A stretch of 64,000 nt of DNA from Rhodospirillaceae bacterium (GCA_018698795.1 JABIPG010000104.1:8011-72010); one strand, 5' to 3'. Counted from the first letter of the stretch, positions 1 through 9,886 are shown. Numbers and translations are program-made. The notes: a model not told the origin generated them from the letters alone.

Positions 1-24
1 TTGATCCCGATCAAGCGGTGCCGG

Positions 25-1731
25 CTATGCAATCCATTCACTCACCGGTGCGGCGGCTTCGTTCAGCGGTTGGCTGATGACATCGACCAAGGTCGGACCG
101 TCGTGCTCCACCGCCTGCTTGAGCACGGACTGTAACTGCTCGGGGTCCTCCACTTTCCACGACTTAACACCGAAGGCGCTGGCGATGGCGGCATGGTCGG
201 AGCGGTCGAAATCGACGGAGTAGTAGCGCTCGCCGAAGCCGGCCCGCTGCCCGGCCTTGATCCAGCCAAAGACGGAATTGGAAAAGACGATAAAGGTGAT
301 CGGCATCTTTTTGCGGACCACAGTTTCCAACTCGCCACAGGTAAAGCCAAAGCTTCCGTCGCCCATCAGGGCCACGACCTTTTTATCGGGGCGGCCGGTG
401 TAGGCGCCCATGGCTGCCGACATGGAGTACCCCAAGGCGCCGTGTGCGCGGTTGGAAAATAGTGTCCGGCCCGGCGTGCGCAACTCGTAATACGCAGAAA
501 CGTAGGGGCACGGTGTGCCCGGGTCGGCAACAATGATGGCGTCGTCGTCCAGCACGGCGCGCAGTGCGGCGATGGTGCGTTCGGGTTTGATCGGACGATC
601 GAGGCTTTCCGCCAAAGGCCGGAAGGCGGACCATTTTTTCTCTTTGGTGACGGCAACGTTGGCGGCGCCACCGAAGCCCGCCGGCCTTGCATCACGCAGC
701 GCCAGTTGTCGGTTGAGGGCGGCCAGCGCCAGGCGTGCGTCGGAGGCGACGCCGACCTCGGTGGGGTAAGAAGCTGAAATGACTTCAGCGTCGGAATCGA
801 TATGCACGATGCGGGTTGATTTCGACGGCACCCGCCAACGCTCGGTGGTGACCGACCCGGCGCGGCAACCGATGAACACAACCAGATCGGCCTGCTCGAG
901 GAATTCCCGCGTTGCCGGCACCCCGCCATTGGAGCCCACGACGCCGACGCAATTGGGGTGGGTTTCGGCCATGCTGCCTTGGCCCGAAACCGTGGTCGCC
1001 ACGGCAATGTCGAGGCTTTCGACAAAGGTCTGGAACTCCGCCTCACCACCGGCCAGCACAATGCCGCCGCCACAAACGACAATCGGGAACTTAGCGGAAA
1101 GAATGGCGTTGAGCGCCGCTTCAATCTCGCTTTCGTCAGGCCCCATGGGATAGGCGGGGTAGGTTTCGTGGCGCGGGTCGGCCCATATCTGGTCGGGATT
1201 GACGGGATCGCGCTGTACATCAATGGGCAGGCCCAAGTGCGCCGAGCCCGGGCGACCGGTGGTCATCTTGCGAAATGCCGTGCGCACCATGTCAGGCAAC
1301 ATGTCGGATTTCGGGATCACCGCATTCCATTTGGTCAAGGGTCGCATCAGGCCTTCCTGATCCAGCTCCGTCAGCGGGTAGTGGCCACGCGATGCGACTC
1401 CGACATCCGAAGTGATGGCCAAAATGGGCACGGACGATTCGCCGGCCTCCACTAGGCCCGGCAGGATATACGTGGCGCCGCCGCCCGATGGGCCCTCGCA
1501 AACGCCGACCTTTTTGGTCACCCGCGCATAGCCGTCCGCCATGTAGGCCGCCGAGCGTTCGTCGCGCGTCAGGATGTGTTCGATCTTGTGATCGAGGCGA
1601 TAGAGCGCATCGTAGAATGGCAAGGTGGTGTCACCGCAAAGGCCAAAAATATGGCGTACGCCATGGGCTTCGAGCATGCGCACCAAGGCTTCGGCGCCGT
1701 TTAACTGATTGTCCGCTTTTTTGTCCGACAC
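25..1731 (-). CDS. Thiamine-diphosphate-dependent enzyme (acetolactate synthase large-subunit-like family)
   Basis: 568-aa ORF. N-terminal ThDP pyrimidine-binding region (GAEALVRMLEAHGVRHIFGLCGD) and C-terminal ThDP/Mg motif (MGDGSFGF...FSNS). Substrate not inferable. Confidence 0.85.
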   Translation of the reverse strand: MSDKKADNQLNGAEALVRMLEAHGVRHIFGLCGDTTLPFYDALYRLDHKIEHILTRDERSAAYMADGYARVTKKVGVCEGPSGGGATYILPGLVEAGESSVPILAITSDVGVASRGHYPLTELDQEGLMRPLTKWNAVIPKSDMLPDMVRTAFRKMTTGRPGSAHLGLPIDVQRDPVNPDQIWADPRHETYPAYPMGPDESEIEAALNAILSAKFPIVVCGGGIVLAGGEAEFQTFVESLDIAVATTVSGQGSMAETHPNCVGVVGSNGGVPATREFLEQADLVVFIGCRAGSVTTERWRVPSKSTRIVHIDSDAEVISASYPTEVGVASDARLALAALNRQLALRDARPAGFGGAANVAVTKEKKWSAFRPLAESLDRPIKPERTIAALRAVLDDDAIIVADPGTPCPYVSAYYELRTPGRTLFSNRAHGALGYSMSAAMGAYTGRPDKKVVALMGDGSFGFTCGELETVVRKKMPITFIVFSNSVFGWIKAGQRAGFGERYYSVDFDRSDHAAIASAFGVKSWKVEDPEQLQSVLKQAVEHDGPTLVDVISQPLNEAAAPVSEWIA

Positions 1732-1789
1732 GTCTGGATCTCCTGTTGTGCGCTATTTTGATCACAAGTTTGACTGTTTGTACGCCAGT

Positions 1790-1799
1790 CTGTATACAG
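1790..1799. promoter_or_regulatory. Perfect palindrome CTGTATACAG, candidate FadR-type GntR operator
   Basis: Lies in the 130-nt divergent region between the ThDP enzyme and GntR genes. It fits the generic GT-N-AC core of FadR-subfamily operators. Confidence 0.4.
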
Positions 1800-1861
1800 T
1801 CCGGAACGCAGCGTCAATGTTCTTTTCGGCGCGCCTGACTCTGATTGGAAGTTCAAGCCCA

Positions 1862-2557
1862 ATGGCAAACCAGCCTAAAGCAAAATTGGAAACGGCGGGA
1901 AATGTTGAGCGCCTGTATGGCGAACTGAAATCCATGGCGATCAGCTTTGCTTTCAAGCCCGATGAGCGGATCAATGAAAGCGAGCTCTCAGAGCGCCTTG
2001 GCGCCAGCCGCACACCGTTGCGCGAGGCTCTTAACCGCTTGGTTGCCGAAGGCTTGCTGGTTTACCGCTCGGGCAAAGGTTTCTTTTGCCGACCGTTGCA
2101 GCCGCAATCGATTTTCGATCTTTATGAGGCGCGTTTGGCGGTGGAGCGCGAAGCCGTGCGATTGGCCTGCCAGCGGGCCGAAGAGTCCGACATCGACGCC
2201 TTGCGGGCATCGCTCGAGCAGGTGCGCCCGGGCAAGGCGCAGCGCGAGTTGGAGGAACTGGTGGATTTCGACGAAACCTTCCATCTCGGTATTGCCCGGC
2301 TTTCCGGCAACGCAGAGCTTTGCCGCATGCTGGAAAGCATCCAGGCGCGCATCCGCTTTGTCCGCTGGATCGACATGGAAAACCGCCGTCAGGTGACCTT
2401 TGGCCAGCACATGGATATTCTTGACGCAATCGGCGCGCGCGATGCTGAAAAGGCACAGGCCTTGGTCGCCGAACATGTGGAGCGCCGCGCGGAGCAAATC
2501 TCGCAGGTCGTGCGCGAGGGTTATTCGCGGATTTATATCCCGCAATTGTCCGCCTGA
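1862..2557 (+). CDS. GntR-family (FadR/FCD subfamily) transcriptional regulator
   Basis: wHTH segment ESELSERLGASRTPLREALNRLVAEGLL followed by an FCD-like helical domain. Started at ATG 1862 because the ORF-track start 1709 overlaps the divergent upstream gene. Confidence 0.85.
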   Translation: MANQPKAKLETAGNVERLYGELKSMAISFAFKPDERINESELSERLGASRTPLREALNRLVAEGLLVYRSGKGFFCRPLQPQSIFDLYEARLAVEREAVRLACQRAEESDIDALRASLEQVRPGKAQRELEELVDFDETFHLGIARLSGNAELCRMLESIQARIRFVRWIDMENRRQVTFGQHMDILDAIGARDAEKAQALVAEHVERRAEQISQVVREGYSRIYIPQLSA

Positions 2558-2569
2558 GCCGCCTGAGCC
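2552..2569. repeat. 9-nt tandem duplication GCCTGAGCC x2 spanning the GntR stop codon
   Basis: Read directly. Creates a second in-frame TGA (2564-2566) two codons after the real stop (2555-2557). Followed by TGTCCATTTCCGCC / TGTCCATTTGCCAC (2573-2600). Confidence 0.9.
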
Positions 2570-2664
2570 GATTGTCCATTTCCGCCTGTCCATTTGCCAC
2601 CCGGTTCTTGACCCTTTCTCATGAGTGCGGTAAGAACATTTTGTGAACATATGGGGTTTGCATC

Positions 2665-3105
2665 TTGCCGCTCGACACTTCCCGTCCCGAGATCACCCAA
2701 GCGCTAACGCGGGGTGTGTGCCGTTTCCTGACGGAAAGCGCGATCACACCGTTGCGCGAATTCAAGCTCGCCTCCAAGCGCCGTGCCGATGTCGCTGGCC
2801 TCGACGAGAAAGGCCGGTTTACCATTGTTGAGGTCAAATCCTCGCCGGCGGACTTTCTGGCTGATAACAAGTGGCCGGACTATCTTGCGCACGCCGATTT
2901 CTTTTATTTTGCCGTCGACGCGTCGTTTCCGTTGGACATTTTGCCTGCCGACCAAGGCGTATTGATTGCTGACGGTTTTGACGCGGCCCTGCACCGCACC
3001 GCCGATGAGTGCCCCATGAACGGTAACCGGCGCCGACACCAATTACTGCGTTTCGCCCGTCAGGCGGCGCGGCAGTTGGATGTGCATATGGACCGTCGCG
3101 CTTAA
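2665..3105 (+). CDS. MmcB-like (DUF2161) PD-(D/E)XK-type putative DNA repair protein
   Basis: 146-aa ORF with TTG start. Motif RADVAGLDEKGRFTIVEVKSSPADFLADNKWPDYLAHADFFYFAV matches my memory of the MmcB family; not verified by search. Confidence 0.55.
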   Translation: MPLDTSRPEITQALTRGVCRFLTESAITPLREFKLASKRRADVAGLDEKGRFTIVEVKSSPADFLADNKWPDYLAHADFFYFAVDASFPLDILPADQGVLIADGFDAALHRTADECPMNGNRRRHQLLRFARQAARQLDVHMDRRA

Positions 3106-3226
3106 CGCTTCGGTTTTCCGATGGATAAAAACCGCTAAAACCCAAACCAAATCTTAAGGTTCATGCGCCACTATTCGGTGTAACGCTACGATGGCATCCA
3201 TGTGATTCGGAAACGGAGTTCAGAAC

Positions 3227-4051
3227 ATGAGCGAGGGAACCAATCCTGCATTAATGTCGGCACTTTCGAGTGTCGTTGTGCTTGGCGGGTTGTTGGCCGC
3301 CGGATACTATGGCTGGGACCATCTGCGTAAGGAAATCCAGGTTCAAAACAGCCAGACCCAAGCGGTTATTATTGAGCTGAAAGCCGGTACCATCGAAGAA
3401 ATTCGCGCCTCCAAGACGGCCGCCATTGAGGAAATCAAAAACCTGAACGCTGAGGTGACGGCGGGCTTGAAGCAGATGGGCGTCGCGCCTGCGGGCGCCG
3501 GCAGCGATGGCGCATCCGTCGCGGCGGAGATCAAGGCGGATGTCATGTCCGCCGTGGGTGAGTTGAAGCAGGCTGTGCAGGCGATCTTTGAAAAGCAGAA
3601 CATGATCGTCGAGCGGATCAGCCAATTGAGCCAACAATCCACCACGCAAGAAGCCAAGATGGCCGCACCAAAGGCATCCATGGCGCCGCCCATGGTATTT
3701 GGGCCGTTGGCGAAAACCATTTACTTCGGGCTTGGTGTCGCGCGCGGGCCGAAGATAAATGCACAGGTGGTTAAAGTGGTGCCCGGCCTGAAAGAACGCG
3801 CCGGTGAACCTGGGTGCCGGGCCAACGTGTCGGGCTTTTCCGATACGCTCGGAAATGACGAAAGCAATCTCAGGCTTTCGCAAAAGCGTGCCGACTATGT
3901 GGCGGCAAGACTGAAAGCCTCGGGCCTCGCTATCGGAGCCGTGCGAGGCTGGGGTGAGCGGCGGCTTGAAGTCCACACCCTTGATGGCGCTGACAATGAG
4001 AACAACCGGCGTGTCGTCATTGAAATGAAGTGCGCCGTCCCGACCGCTTAG
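3227..4051 (+). CDS. OmpA-family protein (N-terminal membrane anchor, coiled coil, C-terminal OmpA/MotB peptidoglycan-binding domain)
   Basis: N-terminal TM helix (LSSVVVLGGLLAAGYYGW). C-terminal motif GFSDTLGNDESNLRLSQKRADYVAARL...NRRVVIE typical of OmpA_C. Confidence 0.8.
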   Translation: MSEGTNPALMSALSSVVVLGGLLAAGYYGWDHLRKEIQVQNSQTQAVIIELKAGTIEEIRASKTAAIEEIKNLNAEVTAGLKQMGVAPAGAGSDGASVAAEIKADVMSAVGELKQAVQAIFEKQNMIVERISQLSQQSTTQEAKMAAPKASMAPPMVFGPLAKTIYFGLGVARGPKINAQVVKVVPGLKERAGEPGCRANVSGFSDTLGNDESNLRLSQKRADYVAARLKASGLAIGAVRGWGERRLEVHTLDGADNENNRRVVIEMKCAVPTA

Positions 4052-4153
4052 CAGGATCTAACCCGACTAGAATTTGCCGCAATTGTTCCGCGTTCCATGC
4101 CTTTGACATGGGACCCTTGTGATGAATGGGACCGGGACCTCGCCCTTGGGCCG

Positions 4154-5374
4154 TCACGCCTTCCGTACCGCCACCGCAGCAAGAGCGCTGGCGGCGAAGA
4201 TGATCAGCACCGAAATCGACGTCAGCGTGATGATGGATACGCCCTCATCGAGCGCCCCACCCACCACCACTGGGCCCAAGGCCGATGCGAAAACGCCGAG
4301 TACCGCGCCGGCGGCCCTGATGGCGCCCAGATGTTCGGTGCCGTATAGCTCCGCCCAAAGTGACGAATAGGTCGGGTTGGTGGCCCCGGCACTCATTCCC
4401 ATGGCGCCGAGAATGATTACGGCCCACGATTGATTCTCTCCGAGGCCCAAAAGCGCCACCGATACGGCAAAGGGCATCAGGACATAGGGCGCAATGCGCC
4501 GGGCCGAGACGCGATCGACGAGCCATCCGGCGATAAAGCTGCCGGCCACTTGGCAGGCCGCGAAACTGACGAAGCAGATGCTCCACCACAGGAAATCCCA
4601 GCCCTTGGCCGTGCCGATGATGAATTTTTGGTGAAAGATCAGCCCGGTGAAGATGGCCGACATGGTCATCACCAGCGGCGCAATCATGAAAAAACGCTTA
4701 TCGCGCACCATTTCGCTGCGTGTCCACTGCCGGCGGTTGGGGTCGGGTCGAACCAAGCCTTCCGCACCCTGGCCATCTTGGCCGGCGGTACGCTTCAAGA
4801 GAAATGGAATGCTCGGCAACAGCGTAGCAGCCACAGCGATGCCTAGGGCGATCCATATGTTCTGCCAATGGGTGAGGGTGAGGCCGATGGTAATCAGCGG
4901 CGGAAGCATGCCCTCGGCGATGGGAAACCCGAACCCGGCGATGGCGATGGCCCGTCCGCGTTCAGCCACATAGCGCCGAGCCATGGCGGTGATGGCAATG
5001 TGCGACATCATGCCTTGGCCGAGGAAACGCACCACAAGAATACCAAAAAACAAAGACAGCGGTCCCGAAACCAACGAGAATGCCGTGGCGCCCAATGCCA
5101 TGGCGGCACAAACCCACCAAACGAAGTTGGTCAAGGGCAGCTTGTCGACAAGACGCCCGGCCGGCCACAGAATGGCGGCACTGACCAGGGTGGCGCCTGT
5201 ATAAATTGAGCCAAGATCGCCGTGGCCGAGGCCGAAATCGCTACGTATTTCATCGGCGAAGAGAGAAATCAGGTAGGTCTGGCCGGGGCTGGTCCAGAAC
5301 ATGACCAGCGCACCGAACAGCAAAAACCGCCATTCTCGAAAGACGAAGGCTAGGGTCGGCGTGGCGTCGCGCAT
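4154..5374 (-). CDS. MFS transporter
   Basis: About 12 hydrophobic segments over the whole length. Started at ATG 5374 (MRDATPTLAF...); the longer 5530 start adds a Cys/Arg-rich non-membrane extension. Confidence 0.8.
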   Translation of the reverse strand: MRDATPTLAFVFREWRFLLFGALVMFWTSPGQTYLISLFADEIRSDFGLGHGDLGSIYTGATLVSAAILWPAGRLVDKLPLTNFVWWVCAAMALGATAFSLVSGPLSLFFGILVVRFLGQGMMSHIAITAMARRYVAERGRAIAIAGFGFPIAEGMLPPLITIGLTLTHWQNIWIALGIAVAATLLPSIPFLLKRTAGQDGQGAEGLVRPDPNRRQWTRSEMVRDKRFFMIAPLVMTMSAIFTGLIFHQKFIIGTAKGWDFLWWSICFVSFAACQVAGSFIAGWLVDRVSARRIAPYVLMPFAVSVALLGLGENQSWAVIILGAMGMSAGATNPTYSSLWAELYGTEHLGAIRAAGAVLGVFASALGPVVVGGALDEGVSIITLTSISVLIIFAASALAAVAVRKA

Positions 5375-5576
5375 GGAACTCCCGTCAAGAAGATAGCCCC
5401 CAAGGTGCCGGAGCGCGGCGGCGGAAGCAGACGGCGTGGACCTTATGACAGACTTGCCATCGTGACAACGGCACCCGTAGCGGCGCGCATATAATGAGGA
5501 GAGCGGGAGATGGATCAAGCCTATCAGCAAGCCCAGATCGAAATGGCCACACCGCGCTCAGGGCGTTGGCATGCTT

Positions 5577-5611
5577 CGATGGGCGGACGGGAAAAACCCA
5601 GCGATGGGCGG
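5577..5611. repeat. Direct repeat CGATGGGCGG (2 copies, 25-nt period) abutting the YgjP-like stop codon
   Basis: Copies at 5577-5586 and 5602-5611. The second is immediately adjacent to the TAA (5612-5614, minus strand). Confidence 0.85.
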
Positions 5612-6331
5612 TTATCCGTAGCGGTGCAACCCCGCGCCAAAACTGTTGAGCCAGGCGCGGGCGCGTTCGGTCTCTTCCGTTAGGTCATGGACCAGCCGCC
5701 AAAACCCGGCACCGTGGTTGTGCTCGCGCAAGTGCGCCACTTCGTGCGCGACGACGTAATCGAATACGAAATCCGGCGCCAAAATCAGTCGCCAGGAGAA
5801 ATTCAGATTGCCGCCCGCGGCGCATGAGCCCCAGCGGCTTTTGGTGTCGCGGATGGCGATGCGGCCATAGTCGGCGTCTAGTCGCTGGGCCTTGTCGGCG
5901 ACGCGCTCTGCAATGCTGGCGCGGGCCTGCTTTTTCAGCCAGTCACCGACCCGCCGCGACAGATGCTCTTCGCGGCCGCTGACGAAAATCGTGCCGTCGG
6001 TGGTCCACACGCCGCGCCGGGCGGACGGCTGGTGGCGGATGGTGTGGTCGTCGCCGCGGTAGGGGATGATCGCGCCTTCGGCAAATGGCACCTGATCGGG
6101 AAGTTTGCCCAGGTGGCGCTCAATCCAGGCCGATTGCGTCGCCACCCATGAAAGGGCTTCCGATTCCCGCACGCCGCGAGGCAGCGTAATCACCACGCCG
6201 GGTGCGCCGTCGTGACGGCGGGCTTCGGTGCGCAAAATCAGCCGTCGCGCATTGGCGTTGCGGCGCAGCCTGATCGGCACGCGCCGCCCGCCGATATCGA
6301 GGATATGCTCTTGAAGCGCGCTTCGCCTCAC
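5612..6331 (-). CDS. YgjP-like (DUF45 / M48-related) zinc metallohydrolase
   Basis: C-terminal HEXXH motif in VVAHEVAHLREHNHGAGFW and the family-typical overall length (239 aa). Confidence 0.8.
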   Translation of the reverse strand: MRRSALQEHILDIGGRRVPIRLRRNANARRLILRTEARRHDGAPGVVITLPRGVRESEALSWVATQSAWIERHLGKLPDQVPFAEGAIIPYRGDDHTIRHQPSARRGVWTTDGTIFVSGREEHLSRRVGDWLKKQARASIAERVADKAQRLDADYGRIAIRDTKSRWGSCAAGGNLNFSWRLILAPDFVFDYVVAHEVAHLREHNHGAGFWRLVHDLTEETERARAWLNSFGAGLHRYG

Positions 6332-6342
6332 GCTGCCTCGCC

Positions 6343-7272
6343 TTAAGCCGCCGCCGGCAACTCGTGGCCGATGGCATCGAAGGCGTTGAACAATTCCGCT
6401 GTTTTTTCTTCAGACAGCAGATGCAGAGGCGGCCGCAAGCGCAACCACTCGTCGTTCCCCGTATGGCGTGCGATCAGTGCCTTCAGGGCCGACTGCAATG
6501 GGAAATTGGCGATGGTGTGGCGTACCGCCGTCACTTGTTCGTGCAGTGCACTCACGTCGGTGCCGGCCCGGAAGCCGTCGTGCACGGCGGAAAGCGGGCT
6601 GCAGCAGACATTGGCGCACGCCGTAATGGCGCCCGCGCCGCCCTTCTCCAGCACCGGCAGCAACAGGTCGTCGGCGCCGCTCAAAACATGGAAGCCCGGG
6701 AACTTCTCAGCCGCGCCCGTCATGTTTTCAAGCACACCCGACGAATCCTTCATGCCGGCGATGGCGTCGGGGTAATCTTTCAGCAGCATCTCGATCAGGT
6801 TATAGGTGATCGGCGTCGCTGACATCTGCGGGAAGTGATAGAGGTAAATCTGCAGGCGTGGATCGGCGACGCGCTGGATCACTTCCGAGAAAAACGCATA
6901 GAGCCCTTCATCGCTGGGGTTCTTGTAATAGAACGGCGGCAGCATCAAAACGCCGCCGGCGCCGGCATTGACCGCCACACGGGTCAGTTCCACCGCATCG
7001 GTGAGCGAGCAGCTGCCGGTGCCCGGCAACAATTTCTCTCCTGGGATACCGGCCTCGACCAGATTTTCGATGATGCGGATGCGCTCTTTCAGCGAGAACG
7101 AGTTGGCCTCGCCGGTGGTGCCTAGAATGGCCAGGCCGGCGCTGCCGTTGTTCAAAAGCCAATGGCAATGCTTGGCCATCAGGGCGTCGTTTGGGGTCAG
7201 ATCTTCCTTAAGGGGCGTCAGGGCGGCGGGCAATACGCCGGTGAAACGGTTGTCTTTCAGGCTCACGGTCAT
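6343..7272 (-). CDS. Dihydrodipicolinate synthase / N-acetylneuraminate lyase family (class I aldolase) protein
   Basis: 309-aa ORF with family motifs GTTGE (ILGTTGEANSFS) and TIM-barrel periodicity. GGAG RBS upstream of the ATG. Confidence 0.85.
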   Translation of the reverse strand: MTVSLKDNRFTGVLPAALTPLKEDLTPNDALMAKHCHWLLNNGSAGLAILGTTGEANSFSLKERIRIIENLVEAGIPGEKLLPGTGSCSLTDAVELTRVAVNAGAGGVLMLPPFYYKNPSDEGLYAFFSEVIQRVADPRLQIYLYHFPQMSATPITYNLIEMLLKDYPDAIAGMKDSSGVLENMTGAAEKFPGFHVLSGADDLLLPVLEKGGAGAITACANVCCSPLSAVHDGFRAGTDVSALHEQVTAVRHTIANFPLQSALKALIARHTGNDEWLRLRPPLHLLSEEKTAELFNAFDAIGHELPAAA

Positions 7273-7298
7273 TCTCCTCTATGTCTTCGTTATTTGAT

Positions 7299-7322
7299 TT
7301 CTGACTCTGGTTCTTACTCTGG
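7299..7322. repeat. 12-nt tandem duplication (11/12 identical) containing the ycgN stop codon
   Basis: The minus strand reads CCAGAGTAAGAA CCAGAGTCAGAA. The first unit holds the last two codons plus the TAA; in the second unit TAA is TCA. Confidence 0.9.
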
Positions 7323-7778
7323 CCAACTGACCACATGATTTTCCAGATCGTCGGTATCGCGTTCCGAGATCACCCGGCCGCGCACGGAAATGCCGGCCTC
7401 GTGTACGGTTTCCGGGTCGCCGGAAACCAATGGATGCCACCAGCGCAAGTCGTCGCCCTCAGAGATCAGCCTGTAGGCGCAGGTTGACGGCAGCCAGCCG
7501 TAGCGACCCAGGTTCTGCGGTGTCAAAATTTGGCACTCAGGCACGAAGCGCTTGCGGTCGTCATAGCTGACGCAACGGCAGGTTTCCATATCCAATAGCC
7601 GGCAGACCACATCGGTGTGATAAATGTTGCCGGTATCGGCGTCTTCCAGTTTGTTCAGGCAGCAGCGCCCGCAGCCGTCGCAGAGCGATTCCCACTCGGT
7701 CTTTGACATCTCAGCCAAGGCCTTCTGTTTCCAGAACGGCACAGTATCGGGTTTCGATTTACGGGCAAACCTAAACAT
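7314..7778 (-). CDS. ycgN: YcgN-family (UPF0260) cysteine-cluster protein
   Basis: [32 protein letters not shown]...VCRLLD..TCRC signature. Started at the internal ATG (MFRFARK...). Confidence 0.8.
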   Translation of the reverse strand: MFRFARKSKPDTVPFWKQKALAEMSKTEWESLCDGCGRCCLNKLEDADTGNIYHTDVVCRLLDMETCRCVSYDDRKRFVPECQILTPQNLGRYGWLPSTCAYRLISEGDDLRWWHPLVSGDPETVHEAGISVRGRVISERDTDDLENHVVSWPE

Positions 7779-7820
7779 CAGCCTAGAGGTAGCGCGTCCC
7801 CGGCCCAGAGGCAATCCCCG

Positions 7821-9155
7821 TTAACTTGGGTGATCGGCACGATCAATCAGGTGAATGAAAGAGCCCACCACACGCCCGACATGCTGGCCGGCATGACCCA
7901 GCTCGTTGCCGGCGGCATCGGTAATCTGAAACAACGGATCGGCGCCGGTTTCGTTCACCACCTTGGCGTAATGAAACTCATGGCCTTGGAAAGCAGTGCC
8001 GGCCTCGCCGAGGGGGCCACCTGCCACGAGTTTTGCTTGGCGGTAACCGAGGGTCAGTTTGGGGGACGCGAAAGACGTCTCCACCGCCAGCAAGCCGGCC
8101 ATCGTATGGGGCTCGCCGTTTCCGTCAGTTAGTGCTCGGCCCAAGACCATGTAGCCGCCGCACTCGCCGAACACGGCGGCGCCGCTTTCGGCTGTATCGC
8201 GCAGGCCTTGCAAGAATGTCGAGTTGCCGGCTAGCTTGCCTGCGTGCAGCTCCGGGTAGCCGCCGGGAAGATAGACCGCATCGCTCCCGGATTTTGGCGC
8301 TTCGTCGGCGAGCGGCGAGAAGAAATCGACCTCACTGCCAGCGGCCTGCCAGCCGTCGAGCACATGGGCGTAAGAGAAAGCAAATGCGGCGTCCCGTGCC
8401 ACGGCAATGCGCTGTCCCAAAGGTGGCAAAGCGGGGCGGTTGGAAATCGGTTGTCGAGCCTCCCCGGCATGCATGAGACGGCGTAGCGCTGCGATGTCGA
8501 TGTGGTCACCGATCATCGCGGCAGCGCCATCGATGAAGGCTTCCAGGTCCGGGTGTTCCAGTGCTTGCACGAGGCCTAGGTGGCGCGACGGCAACTGCAT
8601 ACCTGCGCCGCGCGGCAAGCATCCGAGGACCGGGATGTCGGGCAAAGTATCAGTGCAGGCTTGGCGCAAGATCGCCGCGTGCGCTGCGCCGCCGACCCTA
8701 TTGAAGATCACGCCGGCGATGGTGATGCCCGGCTGATGCGTGGTGAAGCCCCGCACAACCGCTGCCGCCGATGCAGCCTGCGCCCGGGCGTCGACGATCA
8801 AGACCACCGGCCAGCCGCTGATGCGCGCGATGTCGGCGGTCGATCCGGAAAGCGTACCGGAGGCAACACGGGCACCGTCGAATAGCCCCATGACACCCTC
8901 ACAGACAATGAGGTTGTCGGATATGGTAAGTTCGGCGAGTTGGTTGTTCAGTGTCTCGGGCTGCATCGCCCAAGCGTCGAGATTGCGACACGCTTGGCCG
9001 CTAGCGGCGGCATGGAATGCAGGGTCGATATAATCGGGGCCGACCTTGGCGGAAACGACGTCTTCGCCGGCGTTGGCGAGATGGCGCAGCAGCCCAAGCG
9101 TGACCAGGGTTTTGCCGCTGCCGGATGCCGGCGCCGCAATGATAACGCCGCTCAA
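7821..9155 (-). CDS. cobB: Cobyrinate a,c-diamide synthase (CobB/CbiA)
   Basis: N-terminal P-loop IIAAPASGSGKT, C-terminal glutamine amidotransferase region (ECGGYM). TTG start overlaps the stop of the upstream SCO gene by 4 nt. Confidence 0.9.
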   Translation of the reverse strand: MSGVIIAAPASGSGKTLVTLGLLRHLANAGEDVVSAKVGPDYIDPAFHAAASGQACRNLDAWAMQPETLNNQLAELTISDNLIVCEGVMGLFDGARVASGTLSGSTADIARISGWPVVLIVDARAQAASAAAVVRGFTTHQPGITIAGVIFNRVGGAAHAAILRQACTDTLPDIPVLGCLPRGAGMQLPSRHLGLVQALEHPDLEAFIDGAAAMIGDHIDIAALRRLMHAGEARQPISNRPALPPLGQRIAVARDAAFAFSYAHVLDGWQAAGSEVDFFSPLADEAPKSGSDAVYLPGGYPELHAGKLAGNSTFLQGLRDTAESGAAVFGECGGYMVLGRALTDGNGEPHTMAGLLAVETSFASPKLTLGYRQAKLVAGGPLGEAGTAFQGHEFHYAKVVNETGADPLFQITDAAGNELGHAGQHVGRVVGSFIHLIDRADHPS

Positions 9156-9886
9156 GGGTTCAAGATCTCCTTGATCCGCTTGGCCATGGTCTCTGCATCG
9201 GTGCCGTGACTGAAATGCTGCGTAAACTCCCCGTTCGGGTCCATCAGATAGGTCACGGCACTGTGGTCGACAGAATAGTCGTCGGGATCAGCGTCGGCAT
9301 CCTTGCTTTCGACCTTGGCAAAATAGACGCGGTACGCCTTGGCGACGCTCGCGACTTGTTCCGGCGTGCCGGTCATGCCGATGAGGCGGGGATGGAAGTA
9401 GGAGGCGTATTCACGCAACTGGTCGGGCGTATCGCGCGCCGGATCGACGGAAATGAAGATCGGCACAATCTTCTCGGCATCTGCCCCCAACATGTCCAAG
9501 GTATTGGACATTTCCGTCAACCCAGTGGGGCAGACATCAGGGCAATAGGTGTAGCCGAAATAAACCAGGGTGTACTTGCCGGCAAATGACTTTTCAGTAA
9601 CGGTATTGCCGTTGTGATCGGTCAGCTCGAATGGCCCCCCGATGGAGGCCTTGCCAGTGGTTTTGGTGGCCTGGACGAGTTTCTCGCCGACTTTGCCGAT
9701 ATCCTGCAAATGCTTGCTACTGGCGAATACAAGCAATCCGACGCCAATGACGACGGCCGCCAGCAAAAGCCAGCCGCGGGTCCCGCTCAGTGGCGAATTT
9801 TTGGTTGGCTCTAGCGCCGACTCCGGCGCCGACGTCGTTTCGGCGCCTTTTGATGCGGGCTCTTTTTCAGGTTCCGGCTCGGCCAT
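9152..9886 (-). CDS. SCO1/SenC-family thioredoxin-fold metallochaperone, membrane anchored
   Basis: TM helix (GWLLLAAVVIGVGLLVFA), CxxxC metal motif in YFGYTYCPDVCP, conserved downstream His (SVDHS). Confidence 0.85.
   Translation of the reverse strand: MAEPEPEKEPASKGAETTSAPESALEPTKNSPLSGTRGWLLLAAVVIGVGLLVFASSKHLQDIGKVGEKLVQATKTTGKASIGGPFELTDHNGNTVTEKSFAGKYTLVYFGYTYCPDVCPTGLTEMSNTLDMLGADAEKIVPIFISVDPARDTPDQLREYASYFHPRLIGMTGTPEQVASVAKAYRVYFAKVESKDADADPDDYSVDHSAVTYLMDPNGEFTQHFSHGTDAETMAKRIKEILNP

Noticed and set aside
1-24. Inverted repeat TTGATC-CC-GATCAA at the very start of the window
   Set aside because: The loop is too small for a hairpin and the element is cut by the window edge, so it cannot be interpreted.
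4108-4139. Direct repeats ATGGGACC (x2, 18 nt apart) plus GGGACCGGGACC between the convergent OmpA-like and MFS genes
   Set aside because: They are short and imperfect. They may belong to the same stop-proximal repeat phenomenon but are too weak to count.
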